48,653 bases of DNA from Chthonomonadales bacterium (lineage in GTDB: Bacteria > Armatimonadota > Chthonomonadetes > Chthonomonadales > Chthonomonadaceae). Below, piece after piece: positions 28,336-38,635 of this stretch. The notes beneath the pieces are model-generated. The model was not told where the DNA came from, made no database searches, and saw only the letters and a program-made list of their open reading frames with translations. Made by a program: the position numbers and the translations under genes. The stretch is from the NCBI GenBank assembly GCA_038217285.1, contig JBBQPO010000011.1, forward strand, positions 1 through 48,653, written 5' to 3'. How positions within the stretch are numbered: position 1 is the first letter of the stretch; every line of letters starts with the position of its first letter.

Positions 28336-30248
28336 GCGAGACGCAGAAGAGGACGGGCAACCGGGCGTTTGTCGTGGATACCACGCGGAGTCCGAACTGT
28401 GTCTGGAAGCCTGTCGCAATCGCCGACGTCAGTCTGACAGACGCATTCTGGGAACCCCGGATACGACGCAACCGTGAGCGGACGATTCCTTCGCAGTTGC
28501 AGCAGTGTGAAGAGACAGGTCGCATTGATAACTTCCGGCGTGCTGCGGGCAAGAAGGACGGCCCATTTCAGGGCATCTACTTCAACGATTCGGACGTCTA
28601 CAAATGGGCGGAGGCCGCAGCGAACTCTCTGGCCGCCTTTCCGGACGCGAAACTCGATGCAGAACTGGACGCTGTGATTGGAGAGATCGCCGCCGCGCAG
28701 CAGCCGGACGGCTACCTGAACACCTATTTCATGTTCGAGCGTGAGAAGGAGCGGTTTACCAATCTGAAGGATATGCACGAGCTCTACTGTGCAGGACATC
28801 TCATTCAGGCCGCCGTGGCGCATCATCGCGCCACCGGTAAATCCTCGTTTCTGGACATTGCGAAGCGCCTTGCCGACTGTCTCGATAGCACCTTCGGTCC
28901 AGGCAAGCGGCCGGGGGCGTGTGGACACGAAGAGGCCGAAATGGCGCTCGTCGAGCTCTACCGTGCGACAGGCGAGCGACGTTATCTCGAACTGGCCGAT
29001 TTCATGGTGAAGCAGCGCGGACAGAAGCCTGGCCTGTTCGGCAACTCGATGTATCATCAGGATCATCTGCCGTTCTCGGATCAGCGGGAGTTCGTCGGGC
29101 ACGCCGTGCGGCACCTCTATCTCGCCTGCGGCGCGACCGACATCGTCGCGGAAAATCCCGATTCTGCTTTCCGGCCCGCGCTCGAGGGACTGTGGGACAA
29201 CCTGACACGCCGCCGTATGTACGTAACGGGTGGGGCCGGGGCACGGTGGGAGGGAGAGGCGTTCGGAAGCGACTATGAACTCCCCAACGACCGCGCCTAT
29301 ACGGAGACCTGTGCGGCCATCGGCAGTGTGATGTGGAACTGGCGGATGCTGCTCCTCACCGGTGAGGCGAAATACGCCGACCTGATGGAAACAACTCTCT
29401 ACAATGCGGTGCTGCCGGGGCTATCGCTGGACGGCAGGCACTACTTCTATCAGAATCCGCTGGCGGACCGGGGCAGTCATCGGCGTCAGGCCTGGTTTGG
29501 ATGCGCCTGTTGTCCGCCTAATGTTGCCCGCCTGTTGGCCTCCCTGTCCGGCTATTTCTACACGGTGGCCCCCGACAGCGTCGGAGTCCATCTCTATGCC
29601 AACAGCAGCGCGGATCTGACTCTGCCGGGTGGGGATGCTTTTGCCTTCGATGTCGAGACGAATTTTCCGTGGGATGGGCGCGTCACTTTCACGATCCGAA
29701 ACGCTCCGCAGAGGCCGGTGCGGCTCTCTCTGAGAACGCCGTGGTGGGCGGAGAGCGTGACGTTTACCGTGAACGGCCAATCGGATTCCGAGGCAGAAGT
29801 CGAGCGCGACTATCTGGTGATCGAACGCGAATGGAAGGCGGGCGATGTTGTCACCCTCGATCTGGAGATGACGGTTCAGCGCGTCGAGGCGCACCCGCAT
29901 GTGCTCGCGAACCGAGGGCGCGTCGCGCTCCAGCGCGGGCCGCTCGTCTACTGCCTCGAACAGGCCGACCAGCCGACGGCCGACGTCTGGGACATCGCGC
30001 TGCCGGACGACGCCGATATCTCCGCCGAGTTTCAGCCGGAACTTCTGGACGGCGTCGTCGTTCTGCGCGCACCGGGGCTTGCCACCAACGCGAGCGAATG
30101 GGACGGTGCGCTCTACGCGCCCTATCTGCGGCACTCCGAAATGGAGACGCATCTCGTCGAGATCGTGGCCATTCCCTATTTTGCCTGGGCCAACCGGGAG
30201 GCGGGACCGATGCAGGTCTGGATTTCGACCGCCTCCCCGACGGCATAA
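28332..30248 (+). CDS. GH127 beta-L-arabinofuranosidase-like glycoside hydrolase
   Basis: FNDSDVYKW, HELYCAGH, GHAVR..YL, YTETCAAI and CACCPPN motifs; no signal peptide. Confidence 0.93.
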
Positions 30249-30255
30249 GACGCTT

Positions 30256-31320
30256 ATGACTCTCTCTCCACACGCACAAGAGCCTCTGATCGGCGCAATG
30301 CCCGCCCTGAAACCCTACTATGTCGGTTCGATCGCCATCGATCCGCCCGTCGTGCTGGCTCCCATGGCCGACGTGACGAATGGAGCCTATCGTCGGCTCG
30401 TCAAACGTATCGGCGGTCCCGGACTGGTGGTCACCGAACTGATCAGCACGATGGCGATCCACCACAAGAGCGTCCGCACCATGACGATGTTCGATGTCAC
30501 CGATGAGCAGCGCCCTCTGGCCGTGCAGCTCTTTGGCGCGGATGCTGCTATCATGGCGGAAGCGGCTCGCGTTGCGGTGGGAGAGGGCGCCGACATCGTG
30601 GATATCAATATGGGATGCTGGGTTCCGAAGGTCTGCAAGACCGGTGGCGGGGCGGCGATGATGCAGGACGAAGAGACGGCGTGTCGGGTCGTTGATGCCA
30701 TCGTGCGCGCCGTGCCTGTACCGGTAACCGTCAAGACCCGCGCTGGATGGGACTATGGCCATCTGGCGACCGCAGGGCTGGCACGCAGGCTGGAAGAGGT
30801 AGGCGTCGCCGCTTTCGCCCTCCATGCACGATTTGCGGTCCAGGGCCACACGGGTTCCGCTGACTGGAATCTGATTCGTGAGATCAAGCAGGCGGTGCGG
30901 AGCCCCGTTGTAGGAAACGGGGACATACGCTGCCCGCAGGATGCCGCCCGCATGTTCGCGGAGACCGGGTGCGACGGCGTGATGATCGGCCGCGCCGCCA
31001 TCGGCAACCCCTGGATCGTCCGCGATACGGTCCACTATCTGCGCACGGGCGACCTGCTGCCGCCCCCGACTCTGGAGGAGCGCATCGAAGCGGCGATAAC
31101 TCATGTCAGCGACCTTGCCAACACGCTGGGCGAGGTACGGGCTGTGCGCCACCTGCGCGGCCAACTGCCGCACTACTTCCGGGGATATCATGGCGTGGCC
31201 CGTGTGCGAGAGGCGATCCATGCGGCCGAAACCATCGCTGCGGTCCAGGCCATTCTCGAGGCCGGATACGCCCACCTGGTCGCCTTCGAACCGGACGAAT
31301 CCCCGTTAAGCCTGCCGTAG
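30256..31320 (+). CDS. dusB: tRNA-dihydrouridine synthase B-like
   Basis: LAPMADVT, VQLFG, DINMGC, PVTVK.R.G, NGDI and DGVMIGRAAIGNPW motifs; start uncertain (30256 or 30298). Confidence 0.9.
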   Translation: MTLSPHAQEPLIGAMPALKPYYVGSIAIDPPVVLAPMADVTNGAYRRLVKRIGGPGLVVTELISTMAIHHKSVRTMTMFDVTDEQRPLAVQLFGADAAIMAEAARVAVGEGADIVDINMGCWVPKVCKTGGGAAMMQDEETACRVVDAIVRAVPVPVTVKTRAGWDYGHLATAGLARRLEEVGVAAFALHARFAVQGHTGSADWNLIREIKQAVRSPVVGNGDIRCPQDAARMFAETGCDGVMIGRAAIGNPWIVRDTVHYLRTGDLLPPPTLEERIEAAITHVSDLANTLGEVRAVRHLRGQLPHYFRGYHGVARVREAIHAAETIAAVQAILEAGYAHLVAFEPDESPLSLP

Positions 31321-31518
31321 AAATTACCTCGCTCTGTCCCCACGTTATCGCCACGAGCGCCACACGGTCCAGCGGCGCCCGGAGAGTACAGTCCTATTAT
31401 AGACCGGTTCCGGCGGACGGGCATAGACCAAAAGTCCCGAATCTTCGCGCCTATGGTCCTCTATTTCCGGCGCATTGTTGATGGCGTTGTTCGCAAGGGC
31501 GGGTTCTGGCCCTGGACT

Positions 31519-32553
31519 TCAGTCCATGAGAAACACCACTTTGCCGCAGAGGCCGTCGCGCATCAGCTCCATCCCGTGGTCGAACTGCTCGAACGGGAGG
31601 CGATGGGTGATCGCTTTCGTGATATCCAGCCGACCCGACGCCAGCAGGGAACGCATAGTGTCCCAGGTTTCATAGAGGCGGCGACCGACGATGCAGTGAA
31701 TGGTCAACCCTTTGAAAATCATCTCTTCGGCCATGTCGAGTTCGACCTTCTGTGCGGGAATGCCCATGAGCGAGACGCGGCCTCCACGCCGCGCAATCCG
31801 CATCGCCTGCTGGATGGCACTCGGCGCGCCGGACATCTCCAGCACGACATCGACGCCCTCTCCCTCGGTCCATTCCGCGATCCTGGCTTCGAAATCGGAC
31901 TCCGCAACGTTCACGACCTCGTCTGCGCCGAGTTGTTTCGCCAGGTCGAGACGGTAGGGTTTGGTATCGGTGGCGAAGACGCGAGAGGCTCCAGCGGATT
32001 TCGCGACCGCGACTGCGAACATTCCGATGGGGCCGCAGCCGAGAACCGCGACGGTTCGGCCAACGATCTCCCCGGCGAGCGTCGCATGCACGGCGTTCCC
32101 GAGCGGATCCTGAATACAGGCGAACTCCGGAGCAATCGATCGGTCGTTTTTCCAGGCGCTTGCCGCCGGGACGACGACAAAAGGCGCGAAACAGCCATCG
32201 ACATCGACTCCGAGAATGCGGGTGTTTGCACAGACGTGGCGTTCGTTCAAGAGGCACTGCTTACAGTGCCCGCAGACCCAGTGGCTCTCGCCGCTGACGT
32301 AGTCGCCGACTTTGAGATGATCGACTTCGGACCCGACTTCGATGATCTCCCCGGCAAACTCATGGCCCATGATGCGCGGTGTTTTTACGCGACCGGCCGA
32401 CCAGCGATCCCAACTGTAGATATGGTAGTCCGTGCCGCAGATCGAAGTCGCCAGGACGCGCACTTTGATCTGGTCAGGGCGTTTAAGCTGGGCCTCCGGC
32501 ACATCGATGATCTCGGCTCCGGGACCGGGGTGGGTCTTGACAATCGCTTTCAT
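31519..32553 (-). CDS. tdh: L-threonine 3-dehydrogenase
   Basis: SICGTDYHIY.WD.W, GHEFAG, VSGESH..CG.C..C, DPLGNAVH and GRRLYETW motifs. Confidence 0.9.
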   Translation of the reverse strand: MKAIVKTHPGPGAEIIDVPEAQLKRPDQIKVRVLATSICGTDYHIYSWDRWSAGRVKTPRIMGHEFAGEIIEVGSEVDHLKVGDYVSGESHWVCGHCKQCLLNERHVCANTRILGVDVDGCFAPFVVVPAASAWKNDRSIAPEFACIQDPLGNAVHATLAGEIVGRTVAVLGCGPIGMFAVAVAKSAGASRVFATDTKPYRLDLAKQLGADEVVNVAESDFEARIAEWTEGEGVDVVLEMSGAPSAIQQAMRIARRGGRVSLMGIPAQKVELDMAEEMIFKGLTIHCIVGRRLYETWDTMRSLLASGRLDITKAITHRLPFEQFDHGMELMRDGLCGKVVFLMD

Positions 32554-32691
32554 GCGGTCAGGGGGTTCCTTTCAGGATCAGATCAAGATCAAATGGATGC
32601 CATCATTATACTCGAACGGAGGGAGAGAACTGTTCGAAACGGACCTGGAACCGCGTGAAGGTGACAGCTAGGACCGCAGCTTCCCTCGTGC

Positions 32692-34038
32692 TCAGGAGCT
32701 GCCATTTACCAGGTGGGCCGGCGGCTTCTGGGTCAGTTTCGGAAAGAAGAAGGTCAGCAGTATCTGAATGGAAGCGGCCACAGGGACGGCCACGAGCATG
32801 CCCCACACATTGAACAGCGTCGCCCCGGCCATGAGCGCGAAGATGCTGACGACCGGATGGAGGCCGACAGAACCGCCGACGATGCGGGGGTAGAGGATCT
32901 GATCGAAAACGTTCTGCACCACGATGGCGGTGACGACGACGATAATAGCGTACTTCACGGAATGTGCGTCGATGGCGACAAAGAAAAAGGCGTTGTGCCG
33001 GGACATCGTGTAGGCGACAATGCCGCAACTGAGTCCGGTAATGAGTTGACCGACATAGGGCACCGCGTAGAGGACGCCTGCCATCAGGCCGAGAAACAGG
33101 GCGTATTTGACGCCGAGGAGCGAAAAGAGAACCGTAGCGACGACGGCATAGAGGGCGCAGACTTTCGCAAGACCTCGCAAGTAGGCAGTGAATATATCCA
33201 GAATTTCGCGGCTGACGACATCGACCTGACCTTGATAGTTGTCTGGAAACAGGGCGATGATACGCGCCCGAATTACGGGGTAGTCGCGCATAAAGAAAAA
33301 GCAGCTCAGCGGAATGATGACCAGCCAGATGGCTTTGGAAGCGAGGTTGCCGAGGGTGGCGGTCAGCGTGATCAACGTACCATTGATAGCGGTGCGCAGT
33401 GGGCTCGTCTTCTGGTCCATCATGTCGGCGACGCGATGCTGCCGGACGTTGAACCGCATTAAAAGAGGCTGGTTCTTCAACATCCAGGCGTCGGCGCCCT
33501 TTTGTATCTGGGCGTAGTAGCCTTCCACGTTGCCGCTGAGCTCATCCACCTGTCCCTTTACCACAGGGACGACGAAGACGAAGAAGACGCCGACAAAGGC
33601 CATGCCGGCCATATAGAGGGTCATAATGGCCCGCATACGGGAGTGGCCATGGCGTTCCAGGTACCGTAGCGTCGGGTTCAAGAGGGCGGCCAGGAAAAAG
33701 GCGATGAGAAACGGCGGGAGGATCGCTTGTACCTGCCATAAGAAAATCAGCGCGACAATCCCGCTGAGGAACAGGGCGACAGCGCGCTTCAGATCTCGAT
33801 TCGTCCACCCGAACGGATACATGGCGCGCGACGGCATCCGCAGAGTCAGCTCGAACGGGAGTTCTCCGGGACGAGGGGAGGCGAGCGTCACTACGGTGAC
33901 GAGCGGTGGAGTTTCGACAGGGGTCCCATCGATCTGCGGCAGGTCGGTAATGGCGGCAGGAGACAGAGGTGGAGCAGAATGCTCCACCTCCGCTACCTTG
34001 TCGAGAACAGTCGTGGCTGCGGTAGGAGGTTCCTGCAT
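32692..34038 (-). CDS. AI-2E (PerM) family transporter
   Basis: PFLIAFFLAALLNP, VPYVG, YPRIVGGSVGLHPV and GMLVAVP motifs. Confidence 0.93.
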   Translation of the reverse strand: MQEPPTAATTVLDKVAEVEHSAPPLSPAAITDLPQIDGTPVETPPLVTVVTLASPRPGELPFELTLRMPSRAMYPFGWTNRDLKRAVALFLSGIVALIFLWQVQAILPPFLIAFFLAALLNPTLRYLERHGHSRMRAIMTLYMAGMAFVGVFFVFVVPVVKGQVDELSGNVEGYYAQIQKGADAWMLKNQPLLMRFNVRQHRVADMMDQKTSPLRTAINGTLITLTATLGNLASKAIWLVIIPLSCFFFMRDYPVIRARIIALFPDNYQGQVDVVSREILDIFTAYLRGLAKVCALYAVVATVLFSLLGVKYALFLGLMAGVLYAVPYVGQLITGLSCGIVAYTMSRHNAFFFVAIDAHSVKYAIIVVVTAIVVQNVFDQILYPRIVGGSVGLHPVVSIFALMAGATLFNVWGMLVAVPVAASIQILLTFFFPKLTQKPPAHLVNGSS

Positions 34039-34055
34039 AGGTTTTGCCGGATCTC

Positions 34056-34325
34056 CTATTCGCCGTCCGACGAAGACTCGCCCAGCTTCTGAACGACCTG
34101 CGCGCGCGTTCGGTCGACCGCAGAGGAGACCTTGCCGCCAACGGTCTTTCCGAGGTCGGTTACCTTGTCGCTCAAGTCGCCGAGGGCCTTGCTGAGATCG
34201 TCGCGAGTCTCTTCGCCGGATTTCGGAGCCAGGAGCAGTCCTGCTACCGCGCCGACCAGAACGCCGATGCCGATACCGGCGAGAACGCTCACAAGTACGC
34301 TGCGATCCTCATCATTGCTTGCCAT
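34056..34325 (-). CDS. YtxH domain protein
   Basis: GAVAGLLLAPKSGEETR; AGGAGG RBS. Confidence 0.92.
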   Translation of the reverse strand: MASNDEDRSVLVSVLAGIGIGVLVGAVAGLLLAPKSGEETRDDLSKALGDLSDKVTDLGKTVGGKVSSAVDRTRAQVVQKLGESSSDGE

Positions 34326-34389
34326 CTATGTTTCCTCCTGTGATGTGTTTGTTGGCAATCGCTGCCTTTTCCAGACAAACGAAAGTCAT

Positions 34390-34974
34390 TCAGATATTTG
34401 ACTGCTTACGTGAACTGCGGCGGTGATCCGAACCGGTATCCGGTGGAAGGATCGGGTTCGCAGGCGCTTCACTCGAAAGAGCCGCTCGTTGCGGCGTGGG
34501 CTCCAACTCCGGACGGGCCTCGGTAGACCGCTTTTTCCTTCCCAAGATGGCCTTTATGCCGCTTCCGATTCCTGCCACCAGACCGGCGGCAATACCGCCG
34601 CCGCGTGCGGTCATCATGCGGGCTATCGGGACCGCTGCACTCAATAGACGTTGGGCATTGACCGCTTGTTCCGCGCGTCCCGTGAGGCCGCGGACGGCGA
34701 GTGTCGTCTCGGCCAGCGCGCGTGTCGTGACTTCCAAATTTGCAAGCGTTGCTCGGGCGATCTGAAGGGTAGGCGTTATTTCTGTCCGCAACACCTCTTC
34801 CGTGGACTGCGCCACGGCGTCGAGATGTTTCAGAGTACCGCTGATCTCGGTGCGGGTCTCTTCCAGATTCGTGAGCGACTGACGGACCTGCCCTAACACG
34901 GAGTAGAGGCGAATAACCGCAACGATCCCGATTATCAGTAACAGAACGAGAAGTACATGAATGTCCCAGGTCAA
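34390..34974 (-). CDS. DUF948-like membrane-anchored coiled-coil protein
   Basis: N-terminal TM helix then heptad-like region; TTG start overlaps the cdd stop; adjacent to YtxH. Confidence 0.65.
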   Translation of the reverse strand: MTWDIHVLLVLLLIIGIVAVIRLYSVLGQVRQSLTNLEETRTEISGTLKHLDAVAQSTEEVLRTEITPTLQIARATLANLEVTTRALAETTLAVRGLTGRAEQAVNAQRLLSAAVPIARMMTARGGGIAAGLVAGIGSGIKAILGRKKRSTEARPELEPTPQRAALSSEAPANPILPPDTGSDHRRSSRKQSNI

Positions 34975-35459
34975 AGCGTTGGTTCCATTTCGTTTGGGTG
35001 TTCGGGAGTTTGGGAGAGCGGGCAAGCCGCCGACCCGGATTTGAGAAAAGGCTGGCACTGGAGTTGGAAGGCCAGTGGCAGCAGATCGGCGACCTTCCAG
35101 ACTCCGGCCCCATCGACGGTTACTAAGGCATCCGCCGCCATGAACTCCGTGATGACCTGCCGACACGCGCCGCACGGCATCCGGCTGCCGGGAGGATCGG
35201 ACTCACCGGCGTTGAGGCACGAAACGGCCAGATGATCTATTCTCTTCGCGCCAGCGGCGATCGCCGTGAACAGGGCGACCCTCTCCGCACAGACGGCCAG
35301 ACCATAGCTCGCATTTTCCACATTACAGCCGGTGAAAAGACCGATGTCGGTATCGACAGCAGCTCCGACCGGGAACTGTGAGTAGGGGCAGTAGGCCCGC
35401 CTTCCAGCCGCTCGCGCTGCCGTCAAAAGGTTCGGGTTGTCGTCAGACGTCGTGATCAA
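34971..35459 (-). CDS. cdd: Cytidine deaminase
   Basis: AYCPYSQFPVGAA, GCNVENASYGL, CAER and PCGACRQ motifs. Confidence 0.95.
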   Translation of the reverse strand: MITTSDDNPNLLTAARAAGRRAYCPYSQFPVGAAVDTDIGLFTGCNVENASYGLAVCAERVALFTAIAAGAKRIDHLAVSCLNAGESDPPGSRMPCGACRQVITEFMAADALVTVDGAGVWKVADLLPLAFQLQCQPFLKSGSAACPLSQTPEHPNEMEPTL

Positions 35460-35509
35460 CGGAGGGTTTCCTGTCCTGAAGAGATTACGCTAGGATAGTC
35501 GGCACGGTT

Positions 35510-36652
35510 TCAGGGGAGAGAGACGGCAGGCTCACGGTCGATCGTGCGAACGATCGTTCCACCACCCACCACGACCTGCCCTTCCTCGTCTCCCGATCCG
35601 CCGTAGAAGACTGCCGCCTGTCCGGGTGTGATGGCGCGCTGGGGAGTATCGAACCAGCCGACGACCGTTCTCTCTCCCTCGCCTGCGGTGATCCGAGCGG
35701 GAGCCGCTGTGCCGTTGTAACGGATCTTAGCGGCGACGTTCATTGGCCCGTTGTGGCCGGCAATGTCCGGAATGGCGCTCCACAGACAGTTGTCCGCGAT
35801 CAGTCCATTTTCAAACAACTCATCGTCTGAGCCGACGACGATGGTGTTTGTCTCGGCATCGAGCGAGAGGACGAAGAGGGGACCAGTCGCACTGGCTGGC
35901 AGCCGCTTACGCTGTCCGATAGTGTAGAAGGCGACCCCAAGATGGGCGCCGAGAATCTTGCCGCTCGTATCGACGATGTTGCCGGGACGCGCGACGGAGG
36001 GGGCCTTCTCCTGAAGGAAAGAGACATATCCCTCCTTCGGAACGAAGCAGATCTCCTGCGAATCGGCCTTGTTGGCGATGGAGAGGCCGAGTTCGTTGGC
36101 AATGCGGCGCGTCTCGTCCTTACCGGACAGGTGCCCGAGCGGCATGAGCGTCTTACTCAGTTGATTTTGCGTGAGCGTATAGAGCGCATACGACTGGTCC
36201 TTGTTCTCGTCCCTTGCTTTCATCAGCTCGTGCCGTCCGCTGTTCTCGTTGAAGCGAATGCGCCCGTAGTGGCCCGTGGCAAGATAGTCCGCGCCGAGGT
36301 CTTCGGCATGGCGGAGCAACTCGTCGAACTTGACACTGCGGTTGCACTCGACGCAGGGGTTCGGCGTCCGACCGCGACTATATTCTGCCACGAAGTTGTC
36401 GATGACCTTCTCCGCGAAATAGTCCCGAAAATTGAGCACATAGTGGGGAATCCCGATCTTAGCAGCGGCGCGACGGGCGTCCTCGACGGCTCCGAGAGAA
36501 CAGCATCCGCCGTATTTGCCCTGATCGGCATGCTCCTGCCATATCTGCAGGGTGATGCCCACTACTTCGTAGCCCTCCTTCTGCAGGAGAGCTGCCGTCA
36601 CCGCGCTATCGACCCCGCCGCTCATCGCGGCGACAACCATTCCCTTGCTCAT
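35510..36652 (-). CDS. mnmA: tRNA 2-thiouridine(34) synthase
   Basis: AMSGGVDS, TPNPCVECN, ATGHY, KDQSY.L, DSQEICF, YTIGQR and ITPGQ motifs. Confidence 0.98.
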   Translation of the reverse strand: MSKGMVVAAMSGGVDSAVTAALLQKEGYEVVGITLQIWQEHADQGKYGGCCSLGAVEDARRAAAKIGIPHYVLNFRDYFAEKVIDNFVAEYSRGRTPNPCVECNRSVKFDELLRHAEDLGADYLATGHYGRIRFNENSGRHELMKARDENKDQSYALYTLTQNQLSKTLMPLGHLSGKDETRRIANELGLSIANKADSQEICFVPKEGYVSFLQEKAPSVARPGNIVDTSGKILGAHLGVAFYTIGQRKRLPASATGPLFVLSLDAETNTIVVGSDDELFENGLIADNCLWSAIPDIAGHNGPMNVAAKIRYNGTAAPARITAGEGERTVVGWFDTPQRAITPGQAAVFYGGSGDEEGQVVVGGGTIVRTIDREPAVSLP

Positions 36653-36783
36653 TTCGCGTCAACCTCGATCCGTTTTCGGTGCAGGAACCGGTTTGCCGGT
36701 GGCCCGATGACCGCCGCGCTTTGTTGCTCTCATTATGCCATATTCCGGCGTCCGGCGCAACGGAAAGCAGGCGGATCAAACGC

Positions 36784-36820
36784 AAGCGGGCCCCGTTCCT
36801 GCGTGGAAGGAGGCCCGCTT
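36784..36820 (-). terminator. Hairpin downstream of the LolA-like gene
   Basis: AAGCGGGCC...GGCCCGCTT inverted repeat. Confidence 0.55.
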
Positions 36821-36862
36821 TACTGTTCAATATGGCGAGCAGACACTGTTCTGTTCGAACCG

Positions 36863-37649
36863 TCACTGTACGAAGACACTGTCCATTAGGCCGACATTGA
36901 CTTTGACGCTGCTATAGCCCGTCACGCCCGCTTTCTTACCCTCATTGTTGAAGGCTTCGATACGCGTGGGGAACCAGAAGCCGTTGCCGGCATCGACCGG
37001 ATGCTGGTACAGGAACGTGGCGTTCAGTTTGCCTTCCTGCGAATACTCGTCCCGCTTCACCGTGATCTTGGTCTTGGGATCGATCCAGATCATGCGATGC
37101 GAGGTATCCAACGTTTTGTCGCGGTAGCTGACACTGAACACAGCGCACAGGACACCGTCCACGACCTGATTGCGCTTGTACTCGAACTGCGTATAAGCCA
37201 GATAACCCGGTGATATCATGCCGACATCGAGCAGCGTCTTGCGTTTGCCTGGCTCTTTGCCCAGCGAAATCTTCGTCTTGATGTGAGCGGCAGGAATAGT
37301 GGCGTACTGCGTGGTGCCGTTTACGATCAAGGTCGCGTTGGAAGCGCCGAGCAGGCCGTCGACGCGTAGCTTGTTCTCTTCTTTGTACTGGACCTTGATA
37401 TCGCCTTTGATTTTGTAGATGAGGGGAAAATCCTTGTTGATCTTGACGCCCTCGTGTTCGGAAAACTCCAGAATTTTCATGGACGCCGAAAAATCGTTCA
37501 GTTTGCTCACCGCGTAGTCGTTCAGGTTATGGCTCGGCTCGGCTTGTTGCGCGCAAGCGGGATGCCCGGTACTGAGGCCGACGAGTCCGAGGAGCGCCGG
37601 CAGGCTGACCAGAAAAAGTTTAACGGCGGACTGTCGAGGTTCGTACATG
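36863..37649 (-). CDS. Outer-membrane lipoprotein-sorting (LolA-like fold) protein
   Basis: Signal peptide; IWIDPKT...KRDEYSQEGKL...WFPTRI...Y..VKVNVGL.DSVF; start approximate (MYEPR behind AAAGGA). Confidence 0.75.
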
Positions 37650-37835
37650 GTTGCGGAAGTTCCTTTCAGGGCGGAGATCATGGCAACGTCAGCCCTATCC
37701 AATAGGACGAACGCCACCTTGGTTTGTTACAGGCAAGCGAGCGACAAGGAGTTTCGAGGCCGTACGGCGTATGTACCGGCACCTGCATTGGATGGCATGG
37801 CCGAACTACGGTCGAGCCGAGGACTGGACCCATTC

Positions 37836-38606
37836 ATGACCCTGCCGTCTCTACTGGAAGCGACCTTTTCCCATGCGCAGGGTATCGGCCCTACGATCGA
37901 ACGCCGACTATGGCAGGCGGGAGCACGCGACTGGCAGACCTATCTCAACGGGCCGGACCACCTCTGGCCCCTGACCACCGCACAGCGGGCTCTACTGACC
38001 CCCATCGTCGCCGAATCCCGGCAGCGGCTGGACGACGAGGATTTCGCCTGGTTCGCAAAGCTGTTGCCGGCTTCCGAGCACTGGCGGGCGGTTCCGGCCT
38101 TCGGACACCGGCTGGCCTTCGTCGACATCGAGACGAACGGCGGTATGAATCCGAACGACCTGACCGTTGTCGGCGTGTTCGACGGGCACACCATGCGCCA
38201 GTTCGTGAAGGGCGTCAATCTGCAGGACGCCCCGGAGGCGTTGGCGGAGGCTGCGATGCTGGTCACCTTCTTTGGAACCGGCTTCGACATCCCCTTTCTC
38301 AAACGGGCCTTTCCGCAGATGCCGCTGCCGCAGATGCATGTCGATCTCTGTTACCTCATGCGAAAGCTCGGCCTGCGAGGCGGATTGAAGAGCATTGAGA
38401 CGCAGTTGGGTATGCAGCGCTCGAATGCAACGACCGGGCTCTCGGGCTGGGATGCGGTGAGGCTCTGGAACGAATTTCGGGCTGGACGAAAGCAGTCGCT
38501 CGACGTGCTCCTGGAGTACAACGCCGAAGATGTCCGCAATATGAGCGACCTGCTTGCCGAAGGCTACCGTCGCATGGCGCGCCGCCTCCTGACGGAAGGG
38601 GAGTGA
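37836..38606 (+). CDS. RNase H-like (YprB-type DEDD) exonuclease domain protein
   Basis: TFSHAQGIG, FVDIETNG, TFFGTGFDIPFL, GGLKSIE and YNAEDV motifs. Confidence 0.88.
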   Translation: MTLPSLLEATFSHAQGIGPTIERRLWQAGARDWQTYLNGPDHLWPLTTAQRALLTPIVAESRQRLDDEDFAWFAKLLPASEHWRAVPAFGHRLAFVDIETNGGMNPNDLTVVGVFDGHTMRQFVKGVNLQDAPEALAEAAMLVTFFGTGFDIPFLKRAFPQMPLPQMHVDLCYLMRKLGLRGGLKSIETQLGMQRSNATTGLSGWDAVRLWNEFRAGRKQSLDVLLEYNAEDVRNMSDLLAEGYRRMARRLLTEGE

Positions 38607-38635
38607 CAAATGCCTTCCCGCGCTTGCGAATGCGG

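Noticed and set aside
29899..30255. N-terminal extension of the dusB ORF call
   Set aside because: Overlaps GH127 in another frame; an artefact of longest-ORF calling (likewise the extensions of moaA, htrA, the cytochrome and the DUF6785-like gene)
31453..32658. 401-aa ORF on the plus strand
   Set aside because: Antisense shadow of tdh
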